IMG/VR virus record: IMGVR_UViG_3300043411_001114
Span: 32,001-96,000 of that record
Reading direction: 5' to 3' (one strand)
Length of the DNA stretch: 64,000 nt
Source of the DNA: a virus
A program made the translations under genes and the position numbers. Within the stretch, counting starts at the first letter, position 1; each line of letters starts with the position of its first letter. The notes beneath the pieces were generated by a model that worked only from the letters and a program-made list of their open reading frames with translations, searched no databases and was not told the DNA's origin. Shown one piece after another: positions 1 through 10,800 of this stretch.

Positions 1-2
1 AA

Positions 3-203
3 GAAAGCTACGGCGGCCCCTATGACCCGGGCGGCCAGTGGCTCGGCGACGAGGACGGCGGCCCGGCACCTCGACGCGACTGGAACCCGAACTCCGGCTA
101 CGAGCCGTCCTACCTGGACGAGCAGAACCACGAGTTGGTGGCCGGGGACGACGAGAGCGGATACAACTGGGGTCCCGAGCCGGACCCCCGCAGCGTTTAC
201 TGA
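3..203 (+). CDS. 3' end of upstream hypothetical protein (partial, acidic C-terminus)
   Basis: Open frame from the window edge (ESYGGPYDPGGQWLGDEDG...PRSVY) to TGA at 201-203, with phage-typical GC3-rich codons. Confidence 0.6.
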   Translation, partial: ESYGGPYDPGGQWLGDEDGGPAPRRDWNPNSGYEPSYLDEQNHELVAGDDESGYNWGPEPDPRSVY

Positions 204-226
204 CAGCAAAGTGAAAGGCGGTCACA

Positions 227-784
227 GTGACCACGGCAACCAGTGCAGAAAAGAAAGAAGTTCCGGTCGACCCGGCGGTGGAGCCGGGTATCGAACCTCC
301 CGCAATGCCCACCCGCAGGGTGGTCGCCGAGGAGCCTGAGGACGACCCCCAGTCTCCTGAGAAGACCCCGATCGTCGTCACCGAACTGACCGACTCCGAG
401 CGGGCAGACTTCGCGTCCCTGATGACCTGCGGTCGGCGATCCAAAACCATCACCGTCATGGGTCACCCGGTGGTGATTCAGACCCTCACCACCGCCGACG
501 AGATGAGAATCGGCCTCTACACCAAGGACTTCGCCGACACCCAGTTGGGCTTCCAGCGGGCCTATCAGGTGGCGGTGTGCGCGGCAGGGGTCAGGGAGGT
601 GCAGGGCAAGCCGCTCTTCACCTCGCTGCGCGAGATCACCAGCGACGACGAGGTCTTCGACAGGTCGGCCGCCGAGATCAAGAAGTTCTACCCGATCGTC
701 ATCACCCAGATTTATCAGGCCATCATGGACCTGGAGCGGGAGTTCGCGGAACTGGCGATCAAACTGGGAAAACTGTCCGGCTAG
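227..784 (+). CDS. Tail assembly chaperone (short form)
   Basis: Lies upstream of the tape measure gene; slippery G GGA AAA near the 3' end. Confidence 0.85.
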   Translation: MTTATSAEKKEVPVDPAVEPGIEPPAMPTRRVVAEEPEDDPQSPEKTPIVVTELTDSERADFASLMTCGRRSKTITVMGHPVVIQTLTTADEMRIGLYTKDFADTQLGFQRAYQVAVCAAGVREVQGKPLFTSLREITSDDEVFDRSAAEIKKFYPIVITQIYQAIMDLEREFAELAIKLGKLSG

Positions 785-1155
785 ACGAGGTCTCCGAGTC
801 CGAGATTCGTCTAGCCTTCCACCAGGGCCTACTGAGCGGTAGCAGCCTCAACGCCTTCCAGGCGTGGGCGCTGAAATACGCGATCGTGATGAACCGACGG
901 ATTGAACTTCAGGACGCCGAGGATCGGCTGCAGCGCCAGACCTGGTATCTCGCCCCGGGCCGGTATGAGGAGTTGTTCCTTGCCGGAGCATTCGCACCAG
1001 ACCCTCTCACCATCGCCGGGAGAGACATAGAAGAAGTAGTAGACGATGTCGATGAACTCGACCGCTACTTCGACCAGCTGGAGCAGAAAAGGTCTGTCAC
1101 CGGCGCGGACGTCATGCACGCCCTGCGGCAGTCCGGTGAAGGAGAGTGGATGTGA
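227..1155 (+). CDS. Tail assembly chaperone, frameshifted long form (...KLGKTVRLDEVSESEIRL...)
   Basis: Joins ORF 227-784 to the 577-1155 frame through the -1 slip; canonical lambda G/GT arrangement. Confidence 0.8.
766..772 (+). other. -1 programmed ribosomal frameshift site (G GGA AAA)
   Basis: X XXY YYZ heptamer in frame (CTG GGA AAA); the -1 frame stays open to 1155. Confidence 0.85.
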
Positions 1156-3446
1156 CGACTCCCTCCGATTCCTCGTTCGACTACACCGACGATTCGGTCA
1201 TAGCCCGGGTCGCCTTCGACATCCCGCACCAGGCGGTCGGTGACGTCAGCCAGTTGACCGCCGCGATGTCGGCGATGCGCACCGAACTGGAATCCATCGC
1301 CCGCGCGCAGTCCGACTGGATGGACTACCTGCGCCAGGTGCCCGAGATCACCAGCCGAGCCAATCAGGCGATCCGCGAGCAGATCACTCTGATGGAGCGG
1401 ATGTCCTACGTCCAGGGTGAGGTCGGGATCGGCGGCGGGGGCGGTAAGTTCTGGGGCGGCGGTGGTGGTGCACCCGGGGCCGCTGGAGGCGGCGGTGGTG
1501 GAGGCGGTGGTGGCTACTCCACTGCGGCAGCGCCCGGCTACGTCAACCCCTTCCGCGATATGGCCTTCGGTACCGGTGCCCACGGCGGCGACGGCGGGGC
1601 CGGTGGGATGGGTGCCGCACTCGGTGCCCTGGAGAAAAACGACCCGCACACCTTCGCCAACGTCACCTCGGCCCGGGGGCAGGCCGTCAATCCGGCCCTG
1701 CTCGGCATGGTGGGAGGCGCTCTGGCGGCCTCCTACGGCAAGGGAACCCAGCCCGGCCAGGCAGGGTCGGGTGGTGAGGCTGACGGCTCCACCGTCCCGC
1801 AAGGCACCAGCGCGGCCCGTACCTCGGCGGGCAAGCCCGACCCGGGCAAGGGCGGCGCACCGATGGGTGCCGCATCCCAGAACGACCCCGGCGAGCCGTC
1901 ACCCGATGGCACCGACAACCAGAAGATGATCTCCAACCTCCTCAACGAGGCCAGGACGGGGCGAATCGGCCCCCGAATCGCCAGCATTATCAGGTCGGTC
2001 ATCGGCGGCGGTCGGGACGCCGGTGGCGGCGGTGGTGCGGGCGGCAGCGCCGACGGTGGCGGGGCCAACGACCTCATCGGGTCGGCTTTGGGCAGCCTGG
2101 GGAGCAGCATGCTGCCCGGCATGTTCGGCGGCAGGGCCGGGGGTGGTATCGCCGGGATGCTCGGCGCTCACAAAGGCACCGCCATCGGGCTGGGTGTCGC
2201 CGGTCTGGGCCTGGGTGCCATGGGTGCCGCCCAGAACATCGGCGAGCGGGTCACCGACCTGACCCAACTCGGTTCGGTGCAGGGTGGCGGTGCGGTCGAG
2301 GGTCACGGGTACGAGGTCTCGGCCAGGATCATGGCCCTCAACCCGTTCATCAACACCGACCAGGCCCGCCAGGTCATGCAGATGAGCCTCAAGTCCGGCT
2401 TCCGTGGCGGCGAAGGCGACATGGTTCAAGACTTCATGGTCAAGAACTTCAAAGACATGTCGATGTCCTTCGCCGACTCGCTGTCGGTCATCGAATCCAG
2501 CGCCCAGAAGAGCGGCGACTCGACCCTGGGCCTTGCCGACAAGATGAAAGACCTCCAGGGCACGCTCGACCTGATGAAGGGCCTCTCCGGCGAGGGTGGT
2601 GCCGCGCTGCCGGAGCGGGAGGCGCAGTTCGAGTCGACCGTCAAAACCCTGAGTTCGCTCAACGTCAGCCCGGAGAGCGCCAACCGGTCGGCGCTGGCGA
2701 TGCAGGAGATGTTCAAGGACAACCCGATCCTGCGTTCGGCGGCACCCCAGCTCGCCAACGCCGCCGCCCAGAACCCGATGTTCATGCAGCAGGTGGCGAT
2801 GCGCAACGGAATCACCGGAATGCTGCCCGGCGCGCTACCTGGGGCCTTAGAAGACGCCGGGATCGACACCCACGATGCTTTCCTCGACCAGGCCAAGTAT
2901 GTCGCCAACATGGTGAGCAAATACCCGGGCGGGAAACGCAACCAGGCCGCCATGTTCCAGGAGTTGATGGCCCAGCAGGGTGTCCCGATGGATCAGAAGA
3001 CCGCCTACGCCCTGTATGGGGAGGTTTCGGGCGGTCGCGACATCGCCGGTGACACGGAAAAGTCCATGCAGGCCGGGGCGGGTCACAAGACCATAGGTTC
3101 CAAGATCATGGACAATTTCACCCGCCAGTCCGGTGCCCAAAGCGCCGCCGACAACTTCTCGGCCAGCCGCCAGGACGGCTTCACCCCCGACGGCCAGCCG
3201 CCTCGGTCGCTACCCCAGTCCCGGGAGCAGGTGGGTTCGGGCAGCCTGACCGCCCAAGGAACGGTGAACGGCGAACTCCGAGTCACCGTAGACCAGCAGG
3301 GACGAGTCACCGCCCCGCCGACGATCCAACTCACCGGCCAGCAGAAGGCGGTCATGGCGGGCGGCGGGTCGGGGCAGCTGAACAGCGTCGGACCGGGCGA
3401 CCCGAACTACATGCACGCGCACAACACCTTCCCGGGCGGGAGGTAG
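1146..3446 (+). CDS. Tape measure protein (short, myovirus type)
   Basis: Follows the chaperone pair; Gly/Ala-rich and helical, 766 aa; start could be 1146 or 1152. Confidence 0.8.
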   Translation: MDVTTPSDSSFDYTDDSVIARVAFDIPHQAVGDVSQLTAAMSAMRTELESIARAQSDWMDYLRQVPEITSRANQAIREQITLMERMSYVQGEVGIGGGGGKFWGGGGGAPGAAGGGGGGGGGGYSTAAAPGYVNPFRDMAFGTGAHGGDGGAGGMGAALGALEKNDPHTFANVTSARGQAVNPALLGMVGGALAASYGKGTQPGQAGSGGEADGSTVPQGTSAARTSAGKPDPGKGGAPMGAASQNDPGEPSPDGTDNQKMISNLLNEARTGRIGPRIASIIRSVIGGGRDAGGGGGAGGSADGGGANDLIGSALGSLGSSMLPGMFGGRAGGGIAGMLGAHKGTAIGLGVAGLGLGAMGAAQNIGERVTDLTQLGSVQGGGAVEGHGYEVSARIMALNPFINTDQARQVMQMSLKSGFRGGEGDMVQDFMVKNFKDMSMSFADSLSVIESSAQKSGDSTLGLADKMKDLQGTLDLMKGLSGEGGAALPEREAQFESTVKTLSSLNVSPESANRSALAMQEMFKDNPILRSAAPQLANAAAQNPMFMQQVAMRNGITGMLPGALPGALEDAGIDTHDAFLDQAKYVANMVSKYPGGKRNQAAMFQELMAQQGVPMDQKTAYALYGEVSGGRDIAGDTEKSMQAGAGHKTIGSKIMDNFTRQSGAQSAADNFSASRQDGFTPDGQPPRSLPQSREQVGSGSLTAQGTVNGELRVTVDQQGRVTAPPTIQLTGQQKAVMAGGGSGQLNSVGPGDPNYMHAHNTFPGGR

Positions 3447-3449
3447 TCG

Positions 3450-4166
3450 ATGGCCAAACCCGTCTCTCCCAGCAGCTACCAGTTCCCCCAGGTTGCCGCG
3501 CCGATCACCTCCCCCGACGAGCGCGGGATCGCCAGCATTTATCACCCCGAGGTGGGCACCCTGCGGCTGCGCTCCAATCCCAAGGAGTTCAACTGGTCGT
3601 ACACGCTCAACAAACGGGTCGACCAGACCTACGGCGGTCGGGTCATCCAGTTGCTGGGGACCCGAATCGAGGACTTCACCTTCACCGCCGACTGCGGTTC
3701 GGGGCGCTGGGAGTACATGAACAAGGTCGCCAAATTCATGCGCGACATCATGATCAAGCAGCGAGGCGGGGCACCGGCGACGTTCGAATACACAACCCGG
3801 GGCTGGAAGTTCAACGCCTACATCGCCAGCATCCCGTTCGCGGACGCGGTCGAGGAGGTGGCCCGCGAGTTCGAGGTGGCCATGAAGGTTCAGGAAGATG
3901 TGTCGGGGCTGATGAGCCGAAACACCCTGTCCGCCGAACTGAGGCGGCTCCAGGACGGCATGGGATTCACCCGCAGCCGCTACAACGACCCGCTCAAGGC
4001 CGGTAACGGGGTACCCAACTCGGAGGCCTTCGCCGGTAGTCCCGAAGCGATATTGGAGAGCGTCCAAGAGCTTGCGCCGAGTTTCAATTTCCTGCCGCAG
4101 AACTTCGGCGGCGGAATCGGGACCCTGCTCGGCACGCTGGCGACCGGAATCCCGGGCGAGGAGTAG
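3450..4166 (+). CDS. Minor tail / tail-tube initiator-like protein
   Basis: Position after tape measure; NPxEFxWSY and RVDQTYGG pattern. Confidence 0.6.
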   Translation: MAKPVSPSSYQFPQVAAPITSPDERGIASIYHPEVGTLRLRSNPKEFNWSYTLNKRVDQTYGGRVIQLLGTRIEDFTFTADCGSGRWEYMNKVAKFMRDIMIKQRGGAPATFEYTTRGWKFNAYIASIPFADAVEEVAREFEVAMKVQEDVSGLMSRNTLSAELRRLQDGMGFTRSRYNDPLKAGNGVPNSEAFAGSPEAILESVQELAPSFNFLPQNFGGGIGTLLGTLATGIPGEE

Positions 4167-4169
4167 ATC

Positions 4170-4340
4170 ATGGCCGATTACGTTTCCAACACCCCGGTAT
4201 CTGGGCCACGCAACCTCGACTGGAAGGTGGCGTGGGACATCGGCGGCATGTCCTGGAGCTACGAGTGGGGAATGTTCTACTCAACCAGCGGCAGGGACGA
4301 CATGCTCCCGCTCCGCGAGCCTAGCTGGCCGGAGAAGTAA
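4170..4340 (+). CDS. Small hypothetical tail-module protein (56 aa, MADYVSNTP...)
   Basis: GAGGAG RBS; fills the gap exactly, TAA abuts the next ATG; below the ORF-track cutoff. Confidence 0.6.
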   Translation: MADYVSNTPVSGPRNLDWKVAWDIGGMSWSYEWGMFYSTSGRDDMLPLREPSWPEK

Positions 4341-4940
4341 ATGTCCCAGATGCTGCTCAAGGGTCATGGTGGTGCGAGATTCAAGCTCAGCGTGACCCAG
4401 TTCCGGTCGCCGATGTCGGCCTCGATCAACTCGGTTCAGGTCCGCTCGATGATGCATCACTTCCCGATCCGTGCCGGGCAGCCCGACATCCAGTTCACCG
4501 TCCAGTTCGCATCGCAGGACGACAAGCATGAGTTCCAGGACTTCGTCCGAGACCACCAGCGCAACACCCAGAAGGCGTCCTACACCGGCAACGGGGACGG
4601 GACGGTCACCCTCTTCTGGCCGGAGCGCAACATTGATAACTGGACCGGCTACATCACCACCATGCCGGTCTCCGAGTCGAGGTTCATCTACGCCCCCAAG
4701 GTGACCTTCGGGGTGGCCCTGGTCGACTCGCTGCTCAGCGAGCGGACCGTCGACTTCAGCCGTGGCAACAGTTTCTGGACCGTGGCCGGGTCTCAGATAC
4801 CGCAATTCATCATGGACGTGTTCGCGGTCGAGTCGCTGTTCAGGCTCCCGAACAACCCCAGCTCGCAGGTTATCCAGGAGGTCATGGGGGTCGGCCAGTC
4901 GGTGGCCGAGCAGATCATCAACAACACGACGGGGTTCTGA
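4341..4940 (+). CDS. Minor tail protein
   Basis: Operon position, codon usage. Confidence 0.6.
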   Translation: MSQMLLKGHGGARFKLSVTQFRSPMSASINSVQVRSMMHHFPIRAGQPDIQFTVQFASQDDKHEFQDFVRDHQRNTQKASYTGNGDGTVTLFWPERNIDNWTGYITTMPVSESRFIYAPKVTFGVALVDSLLSERTVDFSRGNSFWTVAGSQIPQFIMDVFAVESLFRLPNNPSSQVIQEVMGVGQSVAEQIINNTTGF

Positions 4941-4943
4941 GCA

Positions 4944-7802
4944 ATGACCAGCCCCGATCCTCGCGAAAAGGAATCCGAGCAGTACATCGAGCAGGGTAAG
5001 GACAATGTCCTGCTCAATATCGACCCGACCAGCCCGCCGCCGATGAAGACCCTGGTGTACTCGCCAGAAATCAAGATCCTCATCGCCCGGGGCAACAAAC
5101 AGTACGACGTTTCGGCCGACGTGGTGGCCTGGTCGCTCCGGCGGCCCGAGAACTCGATCGCCTCGCTCGTCTTCCGGCTCTCCAACAAACCGGCCTCCAA
5201 CACCGACCTGAAGAAACTGCGCTACAACCAGCTTTTCGAGCGCATGGATCGGGTCACGGTATTCCTGAAACGGATCGAGTGGGTTCAGGTCTTCTCGGGC
5301 TACCTCGACTCGGTTCCGCACGTCCAAATCTATCCGGGCACGGTGAACTTCCGGGCCTCCTGCACCCTCAAGCGACTCCTGCACACCTGGTGGGACCCGG
5401 GTCTGCCCGAGTCGCAACGCATCTTCGACCAGTCCGGCAGGGCTTTAACGGAGCTGGAAAACGGTGAGATGCAAACCGACATGGGTTTGGGGTCGCTGTT
5501 GCGTCGGCTCCTGGTCCTGGTCGGCGGCTGGAATCCCCAGAACATCCATATCCAGCGCTTCCCGTCCGGCTTCTACGACTACATGGAGGAGCAGATCAGA
5601 CGACTGACCCCGGGAGCGGAGAAGGACGTTCGATCCTTCAAGGAACTGCTGCTGGGCGAGGGTGACATCAGTATGGGTCCCGGAAGGGCCGCAGGACGCC
5701 AGCAGGGTGTCACCATGGGTGGCTACATGGTGTCGCAGCCCGAACGGATGCTGGAGGTCATTCGGGCGGTCGACGAGATGGGTATGGGGCCGGACAATAT
5801 GGACCTCGCCGCATCGCAGGGTTTGGGCACCGTCGCCGAGGGGGTCAAGGACTACCAGGATCAGGAGTTCTCCAAAGGCCAGACCGAGGTCGGCAAGAAC
5901 TGGTACGACGCGGCCCTCAAATCCGACGCCGCGATCCATTGCTTCATGACGATCGCCGCCGAATCGAACTGGATCATGTACGCCAACCGGGCGGCACCGG
6001 AGTCTCTGGGCTACCCCTACGACCCGGGCGCGATCTCCACCGACGGCTCCTCGGTGGGCCTGTATCAGCAGCAGAACAACGGGGCCTGGGGTTCGACCGC
6101 CCAGCGGATGAACGTCAAGGCCTCGACCCAGATGTTCCTCGAACAACTCAATCGGTACGAGTGGCGCAACATGGATCGGGCGGCGGCCTGCCAGGCGGTT
6201 CAGCGTTCGGCCTTCGCCGACGGCTCCAACTACAAGAAGTGGGAGCAGGCGGCGATCGAGCAGGTGCGGGCGATCCGATCCGGCACTGGTACCGCCACCG
6301 GTGCCGCCGGGGCCGCCAGCGGCAACCCGATCCCGGGCACCAACCTGGGTGGCACCCCGGTCGGCACCAACATCGCCCCGGCCCTGCCCGGCACCAGCAA
6401 CATCACCGGAGTTCCAGGAGTGCCTACGGTGAACGGAATGCCTGGGCCGACGGCGGCCGCGAGTGTGGTTGGCAAGCCGCTCTACGACTCGGGTGGCGCG
6501 CTGTCGTGCGCCCTGGCCCAGGTCGGGAAGCCGTATGTTCTTGGAGCCAACGGACCGGACGCCTTCGATTGTGGTTCCCTAATGCAATTCTCCTATCGCT
6601 CAATCGGGCTGGAAATCAGCAGAACCACCTACACCCAAGCCAGTCAGTTGGAGCGCATCCCGGCCACCAACCTCCGACCCGGAGACATGATCCAACCCGA
6701 CGAGGGTCATGTTGTGATGTACGTCAGTCCGGGGTGGGTTGTTCACGCCCCACAGCCTGGCGATGTTGTTCAGGTTGCTCCCATGTGGTTCGACCCGAAT
6801 ACTGCGGTGTGCCTGAGGGCACCCGGCGCGGAGTTCGGTGGAACCGTCCCGACCGCCTTCGACATCACCAAAGCCATGTCGGCCACCAACGCGGTGGCCG
6901 GGACGGTGACCACCGGACTGAACGGCAGCACCGGCACCGGGCAGACCGAGCCGGTCGCTCGAAACCTTTTCACCTACCAGTTCGCGGGCGGCCAATTCGC
7001 CAGCGCCATCTCGATAATGTTCGGAGGCGAGGTCGGCACCCAGGAGAAGGCGTTCATCAACGACGAGCCGCTGATTCAGACGGTGGTGTCCTTCGCTCAG
7101 GCAGGTTTGCGGAACTTCCAGTCGGCCCCCAACGGCGACTTCATCGCCTACTACCCCGACTATTTCGGTCTGGATGGCAAGGATGCGGTCTTCGCGCTCG
7201 AAGACATCGAGATGAAGAACGTCCAGATCGACCTCAACGATGACGCTATGGCTACCCACGTCTATATATCCGGCTCGACGCAGATGAATGGCAGCGGCGG
7301 CGGTGGCGTGATGGGGTGGCTCAACTCCAAGGGCGTGGCCACCGTCGAGAACCAGTGGCTGTTCGCCCGGATGGCGGCGGCGGCACCCCACGTCCCGGGC
7401 GAGTTCATTCCGAACGGTAAGGACGTGATGCGCAAGTTCGGTGCCCGGCCGCTGCAGAAGTCGATGTCATCGGTTCAGTCGGGGCCGATGGAGTTCCTGC
7501 TGGCGGTCCAGACCTTCATGACCAAATGGGCCGAACAGTATGCCACCACCATCGAGACCACATTCCTACCCGAGGTGTTCCCGGGCATGCGGCTCCACCT
7601 GGTTGATCACGGCCTGCAGGTGTACGTCGCCGAGGTCACCCACAGCGGCGACTACGAAAGCGGTTTCACGACCTCTATGGTCATCACCGCGCCCTCCAAT
7701 CCGGCGCTGCGAAACATGGCGACAAACATCTTCAACTCGACCGCCAAGGACATTGCGGACCGCCAGGACCTGACGTCGAACAAGTCGGAGGTGGCTAACT
7801 AA
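4944..7802 (+). CDS. Baseplate hub / tail lysin with lysozyme-like and NlpC/P60 domains
   Basis: AAES...SVGLYQQ...WG (transglycosylase-like); GKPYVLGANGPDAFDCGS, GHVVMY, VHAP (NlpC/P60 Cys-His-His). Confidence 0.85.
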   Translation: MTSPDPREKESEQYIEQGKDNVLLNIDPTSPPPMKTLVYSPEIKILIARGNKQYDVSADVVAWSLRRPENSIASLVFRLSNKPASNTDLKKLRYNQLFERMDRVTVFLKRIEWVQVFSGYLDSVPHVQIYPGTVNFRASCTLKRLLHTWWDPGLPESQRIFDQSGRALTELENGEMQTDMGLGSLLRRLLVLVGGWNPQNIHIQRFPSGFYDYMEEQIRRLTPGAEKDVRSFKELLLGEGDISMGPGRAAGRQQGVTMGGYMVSQPERMLEVIRAVDEMGMGPDNMDLAASQGLGTVAEGVKDYQDQEFSKGQTEVGKNWYDAALKSDAAIHCFMTIAAESNWIMYANRAAPESLGYPYDPGAISTDGSSVGLYQQQNNGAWGSTAQRMNVKASTQMFLEQLNRYEWRNMDRAAACQAVQRSAFADGSNYKKWEQAAIEQVRAIRSGTGTATGAAGAASGNPIPGTNLGGTPVGTNIAPALPGTSNITGVPGVPTVNGMPGPTAAASVVGKPLYDSGGALSCALAQVGKPYVLGANGPDAFDCGSLMQFSYRSIGLEISRTTYTQASQLERIPATNLRPGDMIQPDEGHVVMYVSPGWVVHAPQPGDVVQVAPMWFDPNTAVCLRAPGAEFGGTVPTAFDITKAMSATNAVAGTVTTGLNGSTGTGQTEPVARNLFTYQFAGGQFASAISIMFGGEVGTQEKAFINDEPLIQTVVSFAQAGLRNFQSAPNGDFIAYYPDYFGLDGKDAVFALEDIEMKNVQIDLNDDAMATHVYISGSTQMNGSGGGGVMGWLNSKGVATVENQWLFARMAAAAPHVPGEFIPNGKDVMRKFGARPLQKSMSSVQSGPMEFLLAVQTFMTKWAEQYATTIETTFLPEVFPGMRLHLVDHGLQVYVAEVTHSGDYESGFTTSMVITAPSNPALRNMATNIFNSTAKDIADRQDLTSNKSEVAN

Positions 7803-10800
7803 ATGGCCGAACTCTCATTCTCCCGCCGGACGGGCAGCGAGCGCGATATTCAGCCGGTCGCTATTGTCGCAGTCGACGCCTCGACCAGGACAGCGACCGG
7901 AGTCACCCGAACCCGGCACAGCATCCAGATCAACTGCGCCTACGCCACCGGTGACACCATCACGATCCCCGCCTCGGGCGAGCAATGGTATGTCGAGCGA
8001 TTCGACATGGAGTGGCGGCTCTACGGCCGGATTCCGTTCAATGACGCGACCCTCAACATCGCCCCCGAGGAGGGGCAGGTCTCGGTCGGCTCGGCCAGCG
8101 GTCCTCTGGAACTGAACGGCACCGAGGTTCGGGCCAACGGCGAGACCTTGCGCCTCAATGGGGTCTACTTTCGGGATACCGGCGAGCAGTTCGAGCGGTC
8201 GACCGACAAGATCAACTGGACCCCGGTCGCGGCAGGTCTGGCGGGCCTGGTGGAACTCATCGCCAACGCCCTCACCGGCTACGAGGGCGTGAGCCAGACC
8301 GACGCGGTGCAGGCGCTCAAGGACTGGGCGTCCCTGATTCAGGAGATTCTGGACAGCTTCTGGCTCTTCTGGACGCAGATGTGCGAGAACATCTTCGTCA
8401 ACGGCCTCAAGCGGCTCGGGGTGGGCGAGACCGACCTGGAGAAGATCGTCAACGGGTTGCAGAACTTCGTCAACTACGCCTTCAGCCTGATCTTCTGCGA
8501 CTTCACCGGCGACCTCACCCCGCAGACCTTCCTGGCCCGGCTGCGCGACCTGCTGGCCCCCCTCAAGGACAACCCGATCATTCTGGGATTCCAGGCGATC
8601 GCTCAAATTCTTGAGTTGTCCGTCGGCAACCTGCTCAACGACGCGGTCGCCGGGGCCACCGGATTCCTGGAACTCCTGTTCAACATCATCACCTGCAACT
8701 GGGAGGACATCGACCTCGCCTGGATCGAGGGGATCATCGGCCTGGTCGGAGAGGACACCCCGTTCGCGCCAGCAAACATCTTCAAGTTCATCGTCGGACT
8801 GATCGAGCCGCTGATGACCAACCCCTTCGCCCTGGGCCTGATGGCCATCGCCGAGGCTCTGGGCAAGGAGGTCTCGGGCCTGCTGGACGGGGCCATCACC
8901 GGTGGCATGGAGTTTATTCGGTTCCTGTTCGACCTGCTGCTCTGCCAGGTCGACCCCGATGAACTCACCGCCGTTCTCGGGATCGCCGGATCGACATTCA
9001 GCCCGGCCTTCATCGCCAAGGCGATCAACGACTTCTTTCAGTTCTTCCGCGACAACCCTTTCCTGACCGGGTTGCAGGACTTCCTGGGTCTGGTCGGGGA
9101 GACCACCGGCAATCTGTTACAGGACGCGGTGGCCGGTGTCACCGAGTTCGTCAGCCTTGTGGTGGGCGTCATCTTCTGCGACCCCGACAAGCTAGAGCAG
9201 CTGGGCGACCTGGTGGACGGCATCCTGCCCGGCATCGGTGACCCGTTGGGCATCCTGCGCCTGATCTACGAGAAGATCATCAGCCCCATCCTGAACAACC
9301 CTCTGGTGATGCTCATCAAAGGCTTTGCCGAAACCGTCCTGGGTATCGGTGGCGGACTGCTGAACCAGGTTCTGGTCGGTTCGGGCGACCTGATCAACTG
9401 GGTTCTGAAAATCATCAAGACCATCATCCCGCTCGGCACCGGAGCGTGGGCCGCCTTACTCCCGTTCGTCGACTGGGATGCCGTCGATGAGGCTGACGTC
9501 AATTTTCCCGATCTGGGTACCGTACTGGCCGGTTTCGATCCTTTCGATCTTTTCGTGCCGCTGCAGCAGTTCTTCGCCAACCTGACCAGCCTGTTTGGTT
9601 TGGACTTCCTGGACGAGGACTTCGATCCCCTAACCGCCGTCAGCGACTTCCTGACCCACGTCACTACCGACCTGAGTGGTTGGATTCAAACCAACGTCAT
9701 AGGACCGATAGTCACCGCCATACTCGGATCAGGTTTCACCAGTCTCGCTAACATAACTACGTTCTTCAATCGCCTCCGTCAGATCTTTAACGGCTTCAAT
9801 TTCATGGGTGGTTCGTTCAACCCAATAGACGCCGTCAGGGCGTTGCTTGAACTATTCTTCAACCCGGACAAGGTTCTACAACTCGATGACGACGACGAAC
9901 TGCCCGTCAGCACCATTAAAGGCATCGCCGATTTCGCCAACTCGAACATCATCCGGCCGATCGTTACCACGCTGCTGCTCGGTAGCGGGCTAGACCTCAC
10001 CAAATTCGGAATCAACACCCAGGAAGACCTCGACAATGTCGACATCGGCGTACTTGGCGACCTGGCCGGGAGTCTACTGACCTCTCTGGGCAACATTCCG
10101 GCCGACCTGCTGACAGGACTGATCCCTCCCGCGATCATGGGTGTGGTTCCGGTCGCCAACATCTCCGACACCTCGCCCAACCTCCTCCTTCAGGGGGCTT
10201 TCCTTGATGCGATTAGCGTCGAGGACAACGACAACTGGTTCTGGGACTCGACCACCAACATGGCGGGTAGCGTCGGTGGTTCTGCCAAGACGGTTATCTC
10301 CCCGGCCAAGAATCGGTACCTGTACTCACGACAGACCATTCCGGTCGCGGTGGGAGACAGGATTCGGCTGAACGGCTTCGTCAAGACGACCGGACTGACC
10401 GTTTCTCCCGGCGGTTCCACCCCGATCTCCATCTCCCTGATCCCGTTTATCCGAAACTCGTCAGGGGCCACCGAGGCCCAGACTCCGGTGGTCATCGGAA
10501 CACAGTTAGGTTCCTCGACAAGCTGGACGAATGTAGGCCAATCCTCCACCACCCACTACGAGGTCACCAACGCCAGTTGGGTTTATGTTGTGGTTCGTCT
10601 GGGTGTCGCTTCGACCGCCACCGCCGGAACGGTCTGGTGGGACGCGATCAGCCTCAAGAAGGTCGGCCTACTCACGCAAGGAAACGTAGACAGCCTTCTG
10701 GCCACATGGGAACAGTCCTGGACTACAATTTTCGGCACGAGCGGTGCGGGAAAGAATTGGTCGCATTTCGTGGCAGCCCTGAGTCAGCTTAATTGGACCG

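Noticed and set aside
1430-1515. GGC/GGT repeat tract as a separate repeat element
   Set aside because: It simply encodes poly-Gly linkers in the tape measure protein.
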